Shown here: in pieces, positions 1-8,005 of the stretch
Numbering within the stretch: the first letter of the stretch is position 1
Layout: the number at the start of each line of letters is the position of its first letter
Origin: Candidatus Fraserbacteria bacterium
GTDB lineage: Bacteria > Bipolaricaulota > Bipolaricaulia > RBG-16-55-9
NCBI GenBank assembly: GCA_037442925.1
Contig: JBBIPG010000025.1
Location: forward strand, 1 to 29,301
DNA: 29,301 nt
Direction: 5' to 3'
Program-made: the position numbers and the translations under genes
The notes under the pieces: model-generated
The model's database searches: none
The model's input: the letters and a program-made list of their open reading frames with translations, nothing else
Told to the model about the DNA's origin: nothing

Positions 1-2
1 AG

Positions 3-659
3 GAGGGACGCCGAGAGATCCTGAGTGTGGCGGTGGCCCCGGCCGAAGAGGAGGCCAGCTGGGCTGAGGTGTTCGCGGATCTACTTAAGCGAGGGCTCGA
101 CCCTCAAGCGGTGCGCTATGTGGTCTCTGACGACCATCGGGGGCTACGGGCAGCTTTGGCTCGCCATCTCCCCCAGGCGCGGTGGCAGTGGTGCCAGACC
201 CATTACCAGCGCAATGCAGGAGCAAAAGTGCCGCAACGAGCGCGAAACGAGGTCCATGCCGGCCTGCGGGATGTGTTCCAGGCGCCGGATCTTCTGCCGG
301 CTCAGCAGCGAGCGCAGCGGCTGGTAGAGGAGTGGCAGAGACGGTTTCCCCAGCTGGCCGCCTGGCTGGAGGAGACGATCGAGCCAGCTTTGACGGTCTT
401 TGCGCTACCGGAAGAGCACCGCAAGCGGCTGCGGACCACTAATGGGCTGGAGCGCTTTGAGCAGGAGCTGAAGCGGCGCAGCCGGGTGGTGCGCATCTTC
501 CCCAACCGGGCCAGCTGTCTGCGGTTGATGACGGCCTTGGCCATGGAGCAGACAGAGGAGTGGCTCACGGGTCCCCGCTACTTGGACATGAGGGTGCTAG
601 AGGAGGTGGTCTTAACCGCAGTGAGTCCTGAAGGAGCCCAATTTACACACCATACTTGA
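3..659 (+). CDS. IS256-family transposase, C-terminal part (5' end outside window)
   Basis: Frame is open from base 3 (EGRREILSV...). Motifs VVSDDHRGL, WQWCQTHYQRN and LRTTNGLERFEQELKRRSRVVRIFPN are typical of the IS256/Mutator DDE family. Confidence 0.95.
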   Translation, partial: EGRREILSVAVAPAEEEASWAEVFADLLKRGLDPQAVRYVVSDDHRGLRAALARHLPQARWQWCQTHYQRNAGAKVPQRARNEVHAGLRDVFQAPDLLPAQQRAQRLVEEWQRRFPQLAAWLEETIEPALTVFALPEEHRKRLRTTNGLERFEQELKRRSRVVRIFPNRASCLRLMTALAMEQTEEWLTGPRYLDMRVLEEVVLTAVSPEGAQFTHHT

Positions 660-666
660 CACAACC
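641..666 (+). mobile_element. Right terminal inverted repeat of IS256 element
   Basis: ATTTACACACCATACTTGACACAACC; reverse complement GGTTGTGTCAAGTATGGTGTGTAAAT resembles IS256-family ends. It contains the transposase stop codon. Confidence 0.75.
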
Positions 667-919
667 GGTCCTCGCATTCCATCACCCCAAGCCGCAGTCC
701 GAGGTTCATGTGGTTGTCATTCCGAAGGCCCACATTGCCTCCATTCTCGACCCCGCGGCCGCTGATGGAACCCTTCTCTCTTCCATGATCCTCGCTATAC
801 AGAATGTTGCTCGCAGCACGGGGCTTGACAGACTTGGGTTCTATGTGAGAGTGAATGCCGCTTCAGAAGGGGTCACCCCCCATATGCACTGGCACATTCA
901 TGGCCCCGGCATTCCGTAG
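667..919 (+). pseudogene. HIT (histidine triad) family protein, N-terminus cut off by IS256
   Basis: VLAFHHPKPQSEVHVVVIPKAHI...TPHMHWHIHG (HxHxH triad). Recognisable HIT sequence begins immediately after the IS end and the usual N-terminal segment is absent. Confidence 0.8.
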
Positions 920-957
920 GTTCGGTTGGATGCCTAACACCTCGCTGGAGCGGCAAG

Positions 958-987
958 TTGACCTTTGAATCTGAGTCATCCTACAAT
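958..987 (+). promoter_or_regulatory. Putative sigma70 promoter
   Basis: TTGACC-N18-TACAAT upstream of the ORF at 1037. Confidence 0.45.
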
Positions 988-1036
988 TCAACCCACAACT
1001 GTTAAGAAGAAAGGAGATGCTTCTGTCTTCCCCCAT

Positions 1037-1597
1037 ATGAAGAAGAAAGAACGCGTGGGAAAAGCGGCAGGCGTGAGTGACGAGGCGGTCTACAAGAGAA
1101 CGGGGAAGCACTGGCACGAGTGGTTCGCGATTCTCGATCAAGCAGGCGCACAGAAGATGAACCACACTCAGATCGCCACGTATTTGTACGAAGAGCACGG
1201 GTGTCCAGGCTGGTGGTCTCAAATGGTGACTGTGGGCTACGAGCAGGAGCGTGGACTGCGGGAGAAACACGAGCGGCCATCGGGATACGAAATCAGTCGC
1301 AGCAAGACGATTGCCGTCCCTATCGCTAAACTCTACCAGGTGTGGCAAGATAAGAAGTCACGCAACCAATGGCTGAAGGATTCAGACATCACCGTGCGCA
1401 AAGCGACTGCCAATAAGTCCATGCGAGTCACGTGGGTGGATGGCAAGACGAGCTTAGATGTGAATTTTTATTCTAAAGGCGATGGGAAGAGCCAAGTCAC
1501 TGTTCAGCATCAAAAACTTGCCAGCGCCAAGGAAGCCGAACGCATGCAGGCATACTGGGGCAAACAGCTTGAAAGGCTCAAGGAAATGTTGAAGTGA
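1037..1597 (+). CDS. DUF4287-like N-terminal domain plus SRPBCC/AHSA1-like domain protein
   Basis: SDEAVYKRTGKHWHEWFAILD...HTQIATYL...GWWSQMVTVGYEQ, followed by a START-like region (SKTIAVP...VTVQHQKL...YWGKQL). The ATG at 1037 was chosen over the TTG at 965. Confidence 0.65.
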   Translation: MKKKERVGKAAGVSDEAVYKRTGKHWHEWFAILDQAGAQKMNHTQIATYLYEEHGCPGWWSQMVTVGYEQERGLREKHERPSGYEISRSKTIAVPIAKLYQVWQDKKSRNQWLKDSDITVRKATANKSMRVTWVDGKTSLDVNFYSKGDGKSQVTVQHQKLASAKEAERMQAYWGKQLERLKEMLK

Positions 1598-1651
1598 GCG
1601 CAGTCTCAAGGATTTCTAAGTAGGCGAACGACTTGGCAACATCATGCGCGT

Positions 1652-1903
1652 ATGTACTTTGAGATCATTGGGGAAATCACTAACATTGAAACCATAGCCG
1701 TCGGCAACGCCATTCGTGATATTCTGCGCTTGAGGAAAAGTTACGGTGCTGGTCGTTGGCGAAAGCTCAAAGGGACTGCTATGGTTCGCCTCTCCACTGG
1801 CAAGATACGCCTGGCTGAAATACACTGGTACGAAGCACATAGTATTGGAAGAAAGCGATTCAAGATCAAGCGATTCTTAGATGAGAACCATGAAACAGCA
1901 TAA
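1652..1903 (+). CDS. Small basic conserved hypothetical protein (possible toxin of a two-gene module)
   Basis: 83 aa with WRKLKG...AEIHWYEAHSIGRKRFKIKRFLD; overlaps the next ORF. Confidence 0.7.
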   Translation: MYFEIIGEITNIETIAVGNAIRDILRLRKSYGAGRWRKLKGTAMVRLSTGKIRLAEIHWYEAHSIGRKRFKIKRFLDENHETA

Positions 1904-2120
1904 GACAAAAACACAGTTCGTAATCTGCATCCGAAATGAAGATTGCGAAGATTTAGAGCTGCGCAAGATTTATCAGGCCTTACCGGACGACTCTGCTTCC
2001 AAGGCCGGTTACATCCGAGTGATTGACGAATCGGGGGAAGATTACCTCTATCCAGCGGACTATTTTGCTCCCGTTGAGCTACCTCAGACTGCTATGAAAG
2101 TCTTTGCAAAGACAGGTTGA
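1881..2120 (+). CDS. Small conserved hypothetical protein (possible antitoxin/immunity protein)
   Basis: 79 aa with FVICIRN...DLELRKIYQ...IRVIDESGEDYLYPADYF. Alternative start at 1890. Confidence 0.7.
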   Translation: MRTMKQHKTKTQFVICIRNEDCEDLELRKIYQALPDDSASKAGYIRVIDESGEDYLYPADYFAPVELPQTAMKVFAKTG

Positions 2121-2138
2121 CCAAATGAAGGGTGCAAC

Positions 2139-2750
2139 TCAGATAAGCTTCAACTCTTTAAGTACACTGAGCACCGGCGGCAGGGGCTCGGCCCAAAGCC
2201 ATTCCAACTTTAGCTCAAACCCCGACAGCACCCCGGAGCGATAGCGTCCGCCTTCCGGGCGTCGGCGGTCGTAGCGCCCATCGTCGCCCAGCACATAGAA
2301 GTCCGCTCGCTTGTCGTCAGGGTCAATCAGCCAATACTCACGCACTCCAGCAGCCTCGTACTCGGCCAGCTTCTCACCTCGATCTCGCAGACGACTCTCG
2401 GGCGAAAGGATCTCTATCGCAAGATCCGCTGGTCCGTCCAGATGGGTTTCTTGAATCCGATGACGATGCTCTTTGGCAATGAAGAGAATGTCAGGCTCGC
2501 GTCCACGTTGTACGCCCGCCAAATACATTTGGAAAGGAGCAGAGCGCACCACTCCCAGGTCATGGACTTCGGCAAAGGCTCGCAGAAGAAAAGCCAAGAA
2601 ATCAGACAGATCCTGGTGTCGATTGAATGCCGGTGCCAAGAGAACCACCTCTCCATCTACCCATTCCACCCGAGTGTCCTCGCCATACCGCTGGAGGAAC
2701 TCCTCGTAGCTAAGCTTCGTCGGTACACCGACTTTGCGCTCGTTTGCCAT
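2139..2750 (-). CDS. Uma2 family (DUF820) PD-(D/E)XK endonuclease
   Basis: EWVDGEV, REPDILFI, GPADLAIEILSPES, KLAEYEAAGVREYWLIDP. AAGGAG RBS before the ATG at 2750. Confidence 0.93.
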   Translation of the reverse strand: MANERKVGVPTKLSYEEFLQRYGEDTRVEWVDGEVVLLAPAFNRHQDLSDFLAFLLRAFAEVHDLGVVRSAPFQMYLAGVQRGREPDILFIAKEHRHRIQETHLDGPADLAIEILSPESRLRDRGEKLAEYEAAGVREYWLIDPDDKRADFYVLGDDGRYDRRRPEGGRYRSGVLSGFELKLEWLWAEPLPPVLSVLKELKLI

Positions 2751-2790
2751 CTGTGTCTCCTTCCTTTTCACTCTACTCCAGCTATGAAAA

Positions 2791-2861
2791 TCTGTCAACG
2801 GATATCCAGTGGATGAACGGATCACAGGTATCTGCTAATCCGTTATCGATCCGTTGACAGA
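2791..2861. repeat. Nested inverted-repeat (REP/MITE-like) element
   Basis: 13-bp perfect IR TCTGTCAACGGAT (2791-2803) / ATCCGTTGACAGA (2849-2861), with inner AACGGAT (2816-2822) / ATCCGTT (2838-2844). Confidence 0.7.
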
Positions 2862-5495
2862 CTCTTGGACAAGCTCTCCCATGATCTCGCGATACATGCG
2901 CTGCAAGAAGGCGTGACGGTCCTCAAACTTAATTAGGTCACTGCGCCCCTGCATCACGATGTGAAACGCAAAGGGACTAGGATGTGAGCTGATCCGTCCC
3001 TCGATCTCGATCTCCCCGGCACGGATCTCATTCAGAATCTGCTGCGCGTGCGCCACGTCCATCGCATCTTCCATAACTTCGCGATACGCCTCTAGCAGAA
3101 TCGGAAACCGCTCATCCATAGCCTCTACGGCATGTTGCAAGATGATCGCCTTCATCTGCTGCCGCCCCACGGACTTTCTCTGACCCTTGTAGTTCTTCAA
3201 GATCATAAGAGCCCGCGTGGCACAATGGCGGAATCTTCGCTTGAGGATCTCTGTGTTGTCCAGAGCGTTCTTCAGAACAGAACGTACATCACGTTCCTTA
3301 AAGAGATCGAAAGCCGCCATCACCCGCACGCTCCCCTGGTACGCCAAATAGAAGCCGTGATCCGTGATGCCGATCTCGACATCTTTGTCTTCGCGGCGAG
3401 AGATGAGCCAAGCCAGCGCCCGACTCAATGCATCATTCACCCTTCTGCCAAAGAGCGTGTGAAAGATCACCCACGTCTTGATGGGACTCTTCCAGCGCCC
3501 TGGCTCAAGCTCCTCTTGGTAGTATTCAATAAGAATCTTGCGTCGGTGCGGGATTTCAGCATAACGTCGCTGCTCTTTGAAATAACGATAGAGCGACTCG
3601 ACCCCTCGCTCATCAAGATACAGATAGCTCCGAATGAACGACTTGATCTTAGTGGAGCTTTGCTCTTCTGCAAACATCCGGTTGAGTTGTGCTCGAAAGA
3701 GCTGGATGTCCAAAGCCAGATCAAAGCTTAACGGAAGCATCTCCGAGAACCAGGAGGGCACGGTAGGGCTTCGACCGTAGGCTGGATCAACTTGAACCGT
3801 CATGCCCCGTGAATACTTGAATTTGTACGTCTCTCCCCCCAACACAAACACATCGCTCTTGCGCAGCATTTCCAGAAACGACTCTTCAATGCTCCCAATG
3901 CGCCGATCACCCGATTTCACAGTCACGTACGACTCGTCGGGAATGGTGCCCACATTCGTGAGATAGAGCACGCGCGCGAGCCGACCCCGTTTGCCGATAA
4001 TGCCCTTGTCGCGGTCGTAATAGATTTTTGCATAGACGCGGCGATCCTCAAGCGAGGCATATTCACCCGCCAAGTATTCGAGGACTTTCTCAAAGTCTTC
4101 CCGTGAGAGATCCCGATAGTTGTAACTACGGGTGACCAACTCATAGAGATCTTCGACGTGAGAGGGGCCGTCGAGCAAGATGCCGAAGATCTGCTGCGCG
4201 AGCACATCCAGACAATTCTGCGGGATGTGGAGCTGATCGAGCTTATGCTCGACAGCACTCTTTAGCATCACAGCGCACTCCACCAGATCGTCTCGATCCA
4301 TCACGACGATCCGCCCCTTGATCGTATCGTGGAGCTTATGGCCGCTTCGCCCCACTCTCTGAAGCGCGCGGGTGACGCTCTTGGGTGAGCCTAACAGAAT
4401 GACCAGATCCACATAGCCAATGTCGATGCCCAGCTCTAACGATGTGGAGGAAACCACTACCCGCAGATCGCCGCTCTTTAAGCGATTTTCGATCTCCAGC
4501 CGTAGCTCTTTGGAAAGTGAACCATGGTGAGCACCGATCACTTCCGTAAAGCGTGGGTAGCGCTCCTTGAGGAAGTGCACCACACGCTCGGTTCCGGAGC
4601 GGGTGTTCGTGAAGATGAGCGTCGTGCGATGCTCATCGATCAGTCGAGCGAGCAGCTCATAGAGATTGCTGTGCAGCTCTTCTGTGGAACAGTGGATAAA
4701 ATCCTCGACGGGACTTAACACTTTAAGATCAAGCACCTTCTCAAAACGGGCATCAACGATAGAGCAATCGCGCCAGGGATCTTCGCTATCGTGGGCGACC
4801 TCCGCGAGGGAGCTCCCGTACTTACGCCCGACTAAGAACTTGGCCACTTCTTCTAGAGGGCTGATGGTGGCCGAAAGACCCAGACGGCTAAATTCTTTGA
4901 TTTCGCTCAGACGTTCCAGCGAGAGCGAAAGATGCACGCCGCGTTTGTTCTCTGCCAAGGCGTGGACTTCATCGACGATTACCCAACGCACATGCTGAAA
5001 ATGCTTCGCAAAACCCTTGGAGGTCAGGGAAATCGCAAAGGACTCGGGAGTCGTAATCAGAATGTGTGGGGCTCGAAGAAGCATCTGTTGCTTGCGGCGG
5101 GCGGGCGTATCGCCGGTGCGCACGGCCACACGGATGCGCAGATCGCGCCCGGAGAGACGTGTAATTCCTTCTAATGGTTCATTGAGATTCTTCTCGATAT
5201 CGTTGCCCAAGGCTTTCAAGGGAGAGATGTAGACGCAGTAGATGTGGTTCTCCAGCTCGCCTCGCTCAGCCAGAGTCACCAGTTCGCTCAAGATGGCAAG
5301 GAAGGCGCTCAACGTCTTGCCTGAGCCCGTGGGAGCAGAAATCAAGCAATTGACTCCCCGATGCACGTTGGGAATGGCAAATCTCTGGGGAGGGCTGAAG
5401 CGCTCAAAGCGCTCTTGGAACCAGCTTCGCACCCAGGGGTGCAAGAGCTGGTAGAGCGTCTCCTCGTCACAGGGTTCTGTCTGATAGCGAAGCAT
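2835..5495 (-). CDS. lhr: Lhr-family SF2 ATP-dependent helicase (Lhr core)
   Basis: SAPTGSGKT, YISPLKAL, DEVH, LSAT, STSLELGIDIG, QRVGRSGH, winged-helix region with NVGTIPDE, PSWFSE and C-terminal RRFRHCA...SPFA; 886 aa. Confidence 0.93.
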   Translation of the reverse strand: MLRYQTEPCDEETLYQLLHPWVRSWFQERFERFSPPQRFAIPNVHRGVNCLISAPTGSGKTLSAFLAILSELVTLAERGELENHIYCVYISPLKALGNDIEKNLNEPLEGITRLSGRDLRIRVAVRTGDTPARRKQQMLLRAPHILITTPESFAISLTSKGFAKHFQHVRWVIVDEVHALAENKRGVHLSLSLERLSEIKEFSRLGLSATISPLEEVAKFLVGRKYGSSLAEVAHDSEDPWRDCSIVDARFEKVLDLKVLSPVEDFIHCSTEELHSNLYELLARLIDEHRTTLIFTNTRSGTERVVHFLKERYPRFTEVIGAHHGSLSKELRLEIENRLKSGDLRVVVSSTSLELGIDIGYVDLVILLGSPKSVTRALQRVGRSGHKLHDTIKGRIVVMDRDDLVECAVMLKSAVEHKLDQLHIPQNCLDVLAQQIFGILLDGPSHVEDLYELVTRSYNYRDLSREDFEKVLEYLAGEYASLEDRRVYAKIYYDRDKGIIGKRGRLARVLYLTNVGTIPDESYVTVKSGDRRIGSIEESFLEMLRKSDVFVLGGETYKFKYSRGMTVQVDPAYGRSPTVPSWFSEMLPLSFDLALDIQLFRAQLNRMFAEEQSSTKIKSFIRSYLYLDERGVESLYRYFKEQRRYAEIPHRRKILIEYYQEELEPGRWKSPIKTWVIFHTLFGRRVNDALSRALAWLISRREDKDVEIGITDHGFYLAYQGSVRVMAAFDLFKERDVRSVLKNALDNTEILKRRFRHCATRALMILKNYKGQRKSVGRQQMKAIILQHAVEAMDERFPILLEAYREVMEDAMDVAHAQQILNEIRAGEIEIEGRISSHPSPFAFHIVMQGRSDLIKFEDRHAFLQRMYREIMGELVQESVNGSITD

Positions 5496-5496
5496 T

Positions 5497-5937
5497 TCAG
5501 TAACGTGCGGTGAGATGCCAGACAGCCAGATAGATCACTTCTCCGGAGGATACGCTGATCAGCCAGAGTGTGATGGAAACAAAAGTGAGCGTTCTATGTT
5601 CCTGGAAGAACGCTTTCCCTTGGCGAAAGGCACGCGTAGCCAGTAACGCCAAGATGACCAAGCCTACGAACATGAGCAACGAGAGAATTCCATGGAGAGC
5701 GCCCAGCACGCCAACCCAAGTGGCCAGCGGTGCAGGATCGTTCTGGGCGATCACGACTGTCCGTGAGACCATATAACTGATGTTGATGAACAGCTCGAAG
5801 GCTAACGTGCCCCAGAGCCATTTCCACTTCAAGGGGCGCCCCCTCAGATTGCTGATGATAACCGTTAGCACCGCTGTCGTGACGAAGAGTTCAGAGATAG
5901 CCGCAAAGGTACTAAAGTAGTACGGGTTCGATAACAT
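5497..5937 (-). CDS. DUF420-like four-helix membrane protein
   Basis: About four hydrophobic segments, LHGILS and H...LWLISVSSG..IY pattern; GGGGAGG RBS. Confidence 0.55.
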   Translation of the reverse strand: MLSNPYYFSTFAAISELFVTTAVLTVIISNLRGRPLKWKWLWGTLAFELFINISYMVSRTVVIAQNDPAPLATWVGVLGALHGILSLLMFVGLVILALLATRAFRQGKAFFQEHRTLTFVSITLWLISVSSGEVIYLAVWHLTARY

Positions 5938-6029
5938 GACTGTCCTCCCCTACTCCACAGATGGGGTCAGCGAGCCGCAAATGTGCCGTGGCCTGATCTA
6001 CTTTCACTGTACTGTCGAGAGCCATATGC

Positions 6030-6905
6030 TCATTGTACTCTCTCTTTCCACCGTGAGGTAGGTGGTGATGCCGTCTGCCGATCAATCCAATCGCGCAGGG
6101 AATCACCTAGGAAGTTGACTGCCGCTGCTAAGCTGAGAATGGCCATGCCAGGGAAGGTCGCTACCCACCACTGAGTGAATACCTTGACTCCTTCGGCGAC
6201 CATCCTGCCCCACTCCGGTTCCGGTGGCACTGCTCCTAAGCCAAGGAAGCTCAGTCCTGCTAGCGCGATGATGGCGTTGCCCAGATCAAGAGTAGCCAAC
6301 ACGATCATCTGGTCAAGAGCATTGGGTAGGATAGCCCGCAGCAGGATGTAAGAATTGGAAGCGCCCAAGACACGTACGGACTCTACATATTCATTCTGCT
6401 TCAGCTTGAGAACGAGCCCTCTGGCCAAGCGGGCATAAGCGGGCCACCAGGACAACACAAGAGCCAAGCCAGCATTCAGAAGGCTTGGGCCTAGGGCAGT
6501 GGCAATCACCATGGCCAGAATGATCGTCGGGAAAGTTTGGAAAACTTCTGTCAAACCCATGAGCGCATTATCTATGTATCCTCCCCAATACCCCGCTACC
6601 GATCCAATCGCTACACCCACACATGCTCCGAAGATGACGATGATGATGGCCATAGGAATCGAGATCCGCCCTCCATACAAGATACGTGTGAGCAGATCGC
6701 GGCCAAGCTGATCCGTTCCGAGCAGGTGGGCCGCCGATGGAGGCTGCAACCGGCTCTGAAAATCCTGCTGCGTTGCACCATACGGAGTGAGGTACGGAGC
6801 GAGTATTGCCATGATAACCCATCCCAGCAGAATCGCGATGCCCACGATACCCAGCATGTGTCTACGGATCAAATGAAATGCCATGGACTTCTTCTTTTCA
6901 CGCAC
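6030..6905 (-). CDS. Peptide/nickel ABC transporter permease (DppC/OppC-like)
   Basis: HLLGTDQLGRDLLTRILYGGRIS, EAA-like loop EYVESVRVLGAS, LSFLGLGAVPPEPEWG, NFLGDSLRD. GTG start at 6905 after AAGGAG. Confidence 0.92.
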   Translation of the reverse strand: MREKKKSMAFHLIRRHMLGIVGIAILLGWVIMAILAPYLTPYGATQQDFQSRLQPPSAAHLLGTDQLGRDLLTRILYGGRISIPMAIIIVIFGACVGVAIGSVAGYWGGYIDNALMGLTEVFQTFPTIILAMVIATALGPSLLNAGLALVLSWWPAYARLARGLVLKLKQNEYVESVRVLGASNSYILLRAILPNALDQMIVLATLDLGNAIIALAGLSFLGLGAVPPEPEWGRMVAEGVKVFTQWWVATFPGMAILSLAAAVNFLGDSLRDWIDRQTASPPTSRWKERVQ

Positions 6906-6907
6906 AA

Positions 6908-7927
6908 CTAGAGCTCCTTGATACGGGGATCCAGATATGTATAGACGATATCTACAGCTAGATTGACCAGGCTGTAGCTGACTGCGATGACCAATGCAGT
7001 TCCCACAATGGCCGGGAAGTCGAGTTTGCCAGCGGCTTGGAAGGCATAACGACCGATACCGGGCCAAGCGAAGATGACCTCCGTAAGGACTGCCCCAGAC
7101 AGGAGTTGTCCATAGGCAAGCCCGATGATCGTAAGGGGAGCCGTCATGGAGTTCTTCAGGACATGCTGGACGAGGATTTTGAACTCGGCGAGTCCTTTGG
7201 CGCGAGCTGTGCGAACGAAATCCTTCTGTAGAACAGTTAATACTTCCGCACGCGTGACCTGAATCACGAGACCCGTGATGTAACTAGCGAGGACGGTGGC
7301 GGGTAAGACCAGGTGAGAGGCTGCATCCCAAAATATCGTGATCTGCCCCCTAAGCAAGCTATCTAGCATGTAAAGACCGGTAGGACCTTGTGGAGCTACA
7401 AAGCCAATGCTCAGGCGACCCGAGCCGGGGAGCCAATTCAGGCGGAAGTAGAAGAGATAGAGCGAGACTAGGCCGAGCCAAAAGACAGGCGTGGAGACAC
7501 CGAGCAGCGAGATGATCCGCGAGACATGATCCCACGGTCGCCCTTTGGTAATCGCTGAGAGGAGGCCCAGGGGCAGACCGATAAACAGACTCAGAACCAA
7601 GGCAACCGTAGCCAGTTCGATCGTAGCGGGTAGATACTGAGCTAGGTCATTTAATACCGGGCGGCCAGAAGAGATGGACTGCCCTAAATCTCCGCGCATC
7701 AAATTGCTTAGATACTGGATGTATTGTGCCTGAAGTGGTAGATCCAATCCCCACTTGTGTCGAAAAGCAGCCACGATGCTGGGGTTCTCCGAGGCGGTCT
7801 GCCCTAAATTGGCTACCACGGGATCTGTCGGCAACACATGCGAGATGACAAAGAGCAATGTAATGATCCCGAGCAGAAGTAAGCTGAGCCGAATGAATCG
7901 CCTAGCCAAGAATAAGGGCCAATACAT
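6908..7927 (-). CDS. Peptide/nickel ABC transporter permease (DppB/OppB-like)
   Basis: GLDLPL..QY, GDLGQS, PATIELA, DFVRTARAKGL, TEVIFAWPGIG, LDPRI. Confidence 0.95.
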   Translation of the reverse strand: MYWPLFLARRFIRLSLLLLGIITLLFVISHVLPTDPVVANLGQTASENPSIVAAFRHKWGLDLPLQAQYIQYLSNLMRGDLGQSISSGRPVLNDLAQYLPATIELATVALVLSLFIGLPLGLLSAITKGRPWDHVSRIISLLGVSTPVFWLGLVSLYLFYFRLNWLPGSGRLSIGFVAPQGPTGLYMLDSLLRGQITIFWDAASHLVLPATVLASYITGLVIQVTRAEVLTVLQKDFVRTARAKGLAEFKILVQHVLKNSMTAPLTIIGLAYGQLLSGAVLTEVIFAWPGIGRYAFQAAGKLDFPAIVGTALVIAVSYSLVNLAVDIVYTYLDPRIKEL

Positions 7928-7950
7928 AAGGCCACCATTGCAGAGGGTTT

Positions 7951-7994
7951 GGTGGGGCCATAACCATAGGCAACTGTTCTGTTATAGCCCCACC
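7951..7994. repeat. Intercistronic stem-loop between binding-protein and permease genes
   Basis: GGTGGGGCCATAAC / GTTATAGCCCCACC, 13 of 14 positions complementary. Typical position for an mRNA-stabilising or attenuating hairpin. Confidence 0.7.
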
Positions 7995-8005
7995 AGTTGA
8001 GCCTC

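Noticed and set aside
656..690. IS256 hybrid promoter driving the HIT remnant
   Set aside because: An outward TTGACA is present at 656-661, but there is no -10 box at a suitable spacing.
6906..7067. N-terminal extension of the permease ORF in the ORF track
   Set aside because: It overlaps the upstream permease; the GTG at 6905 has a proper RBS.
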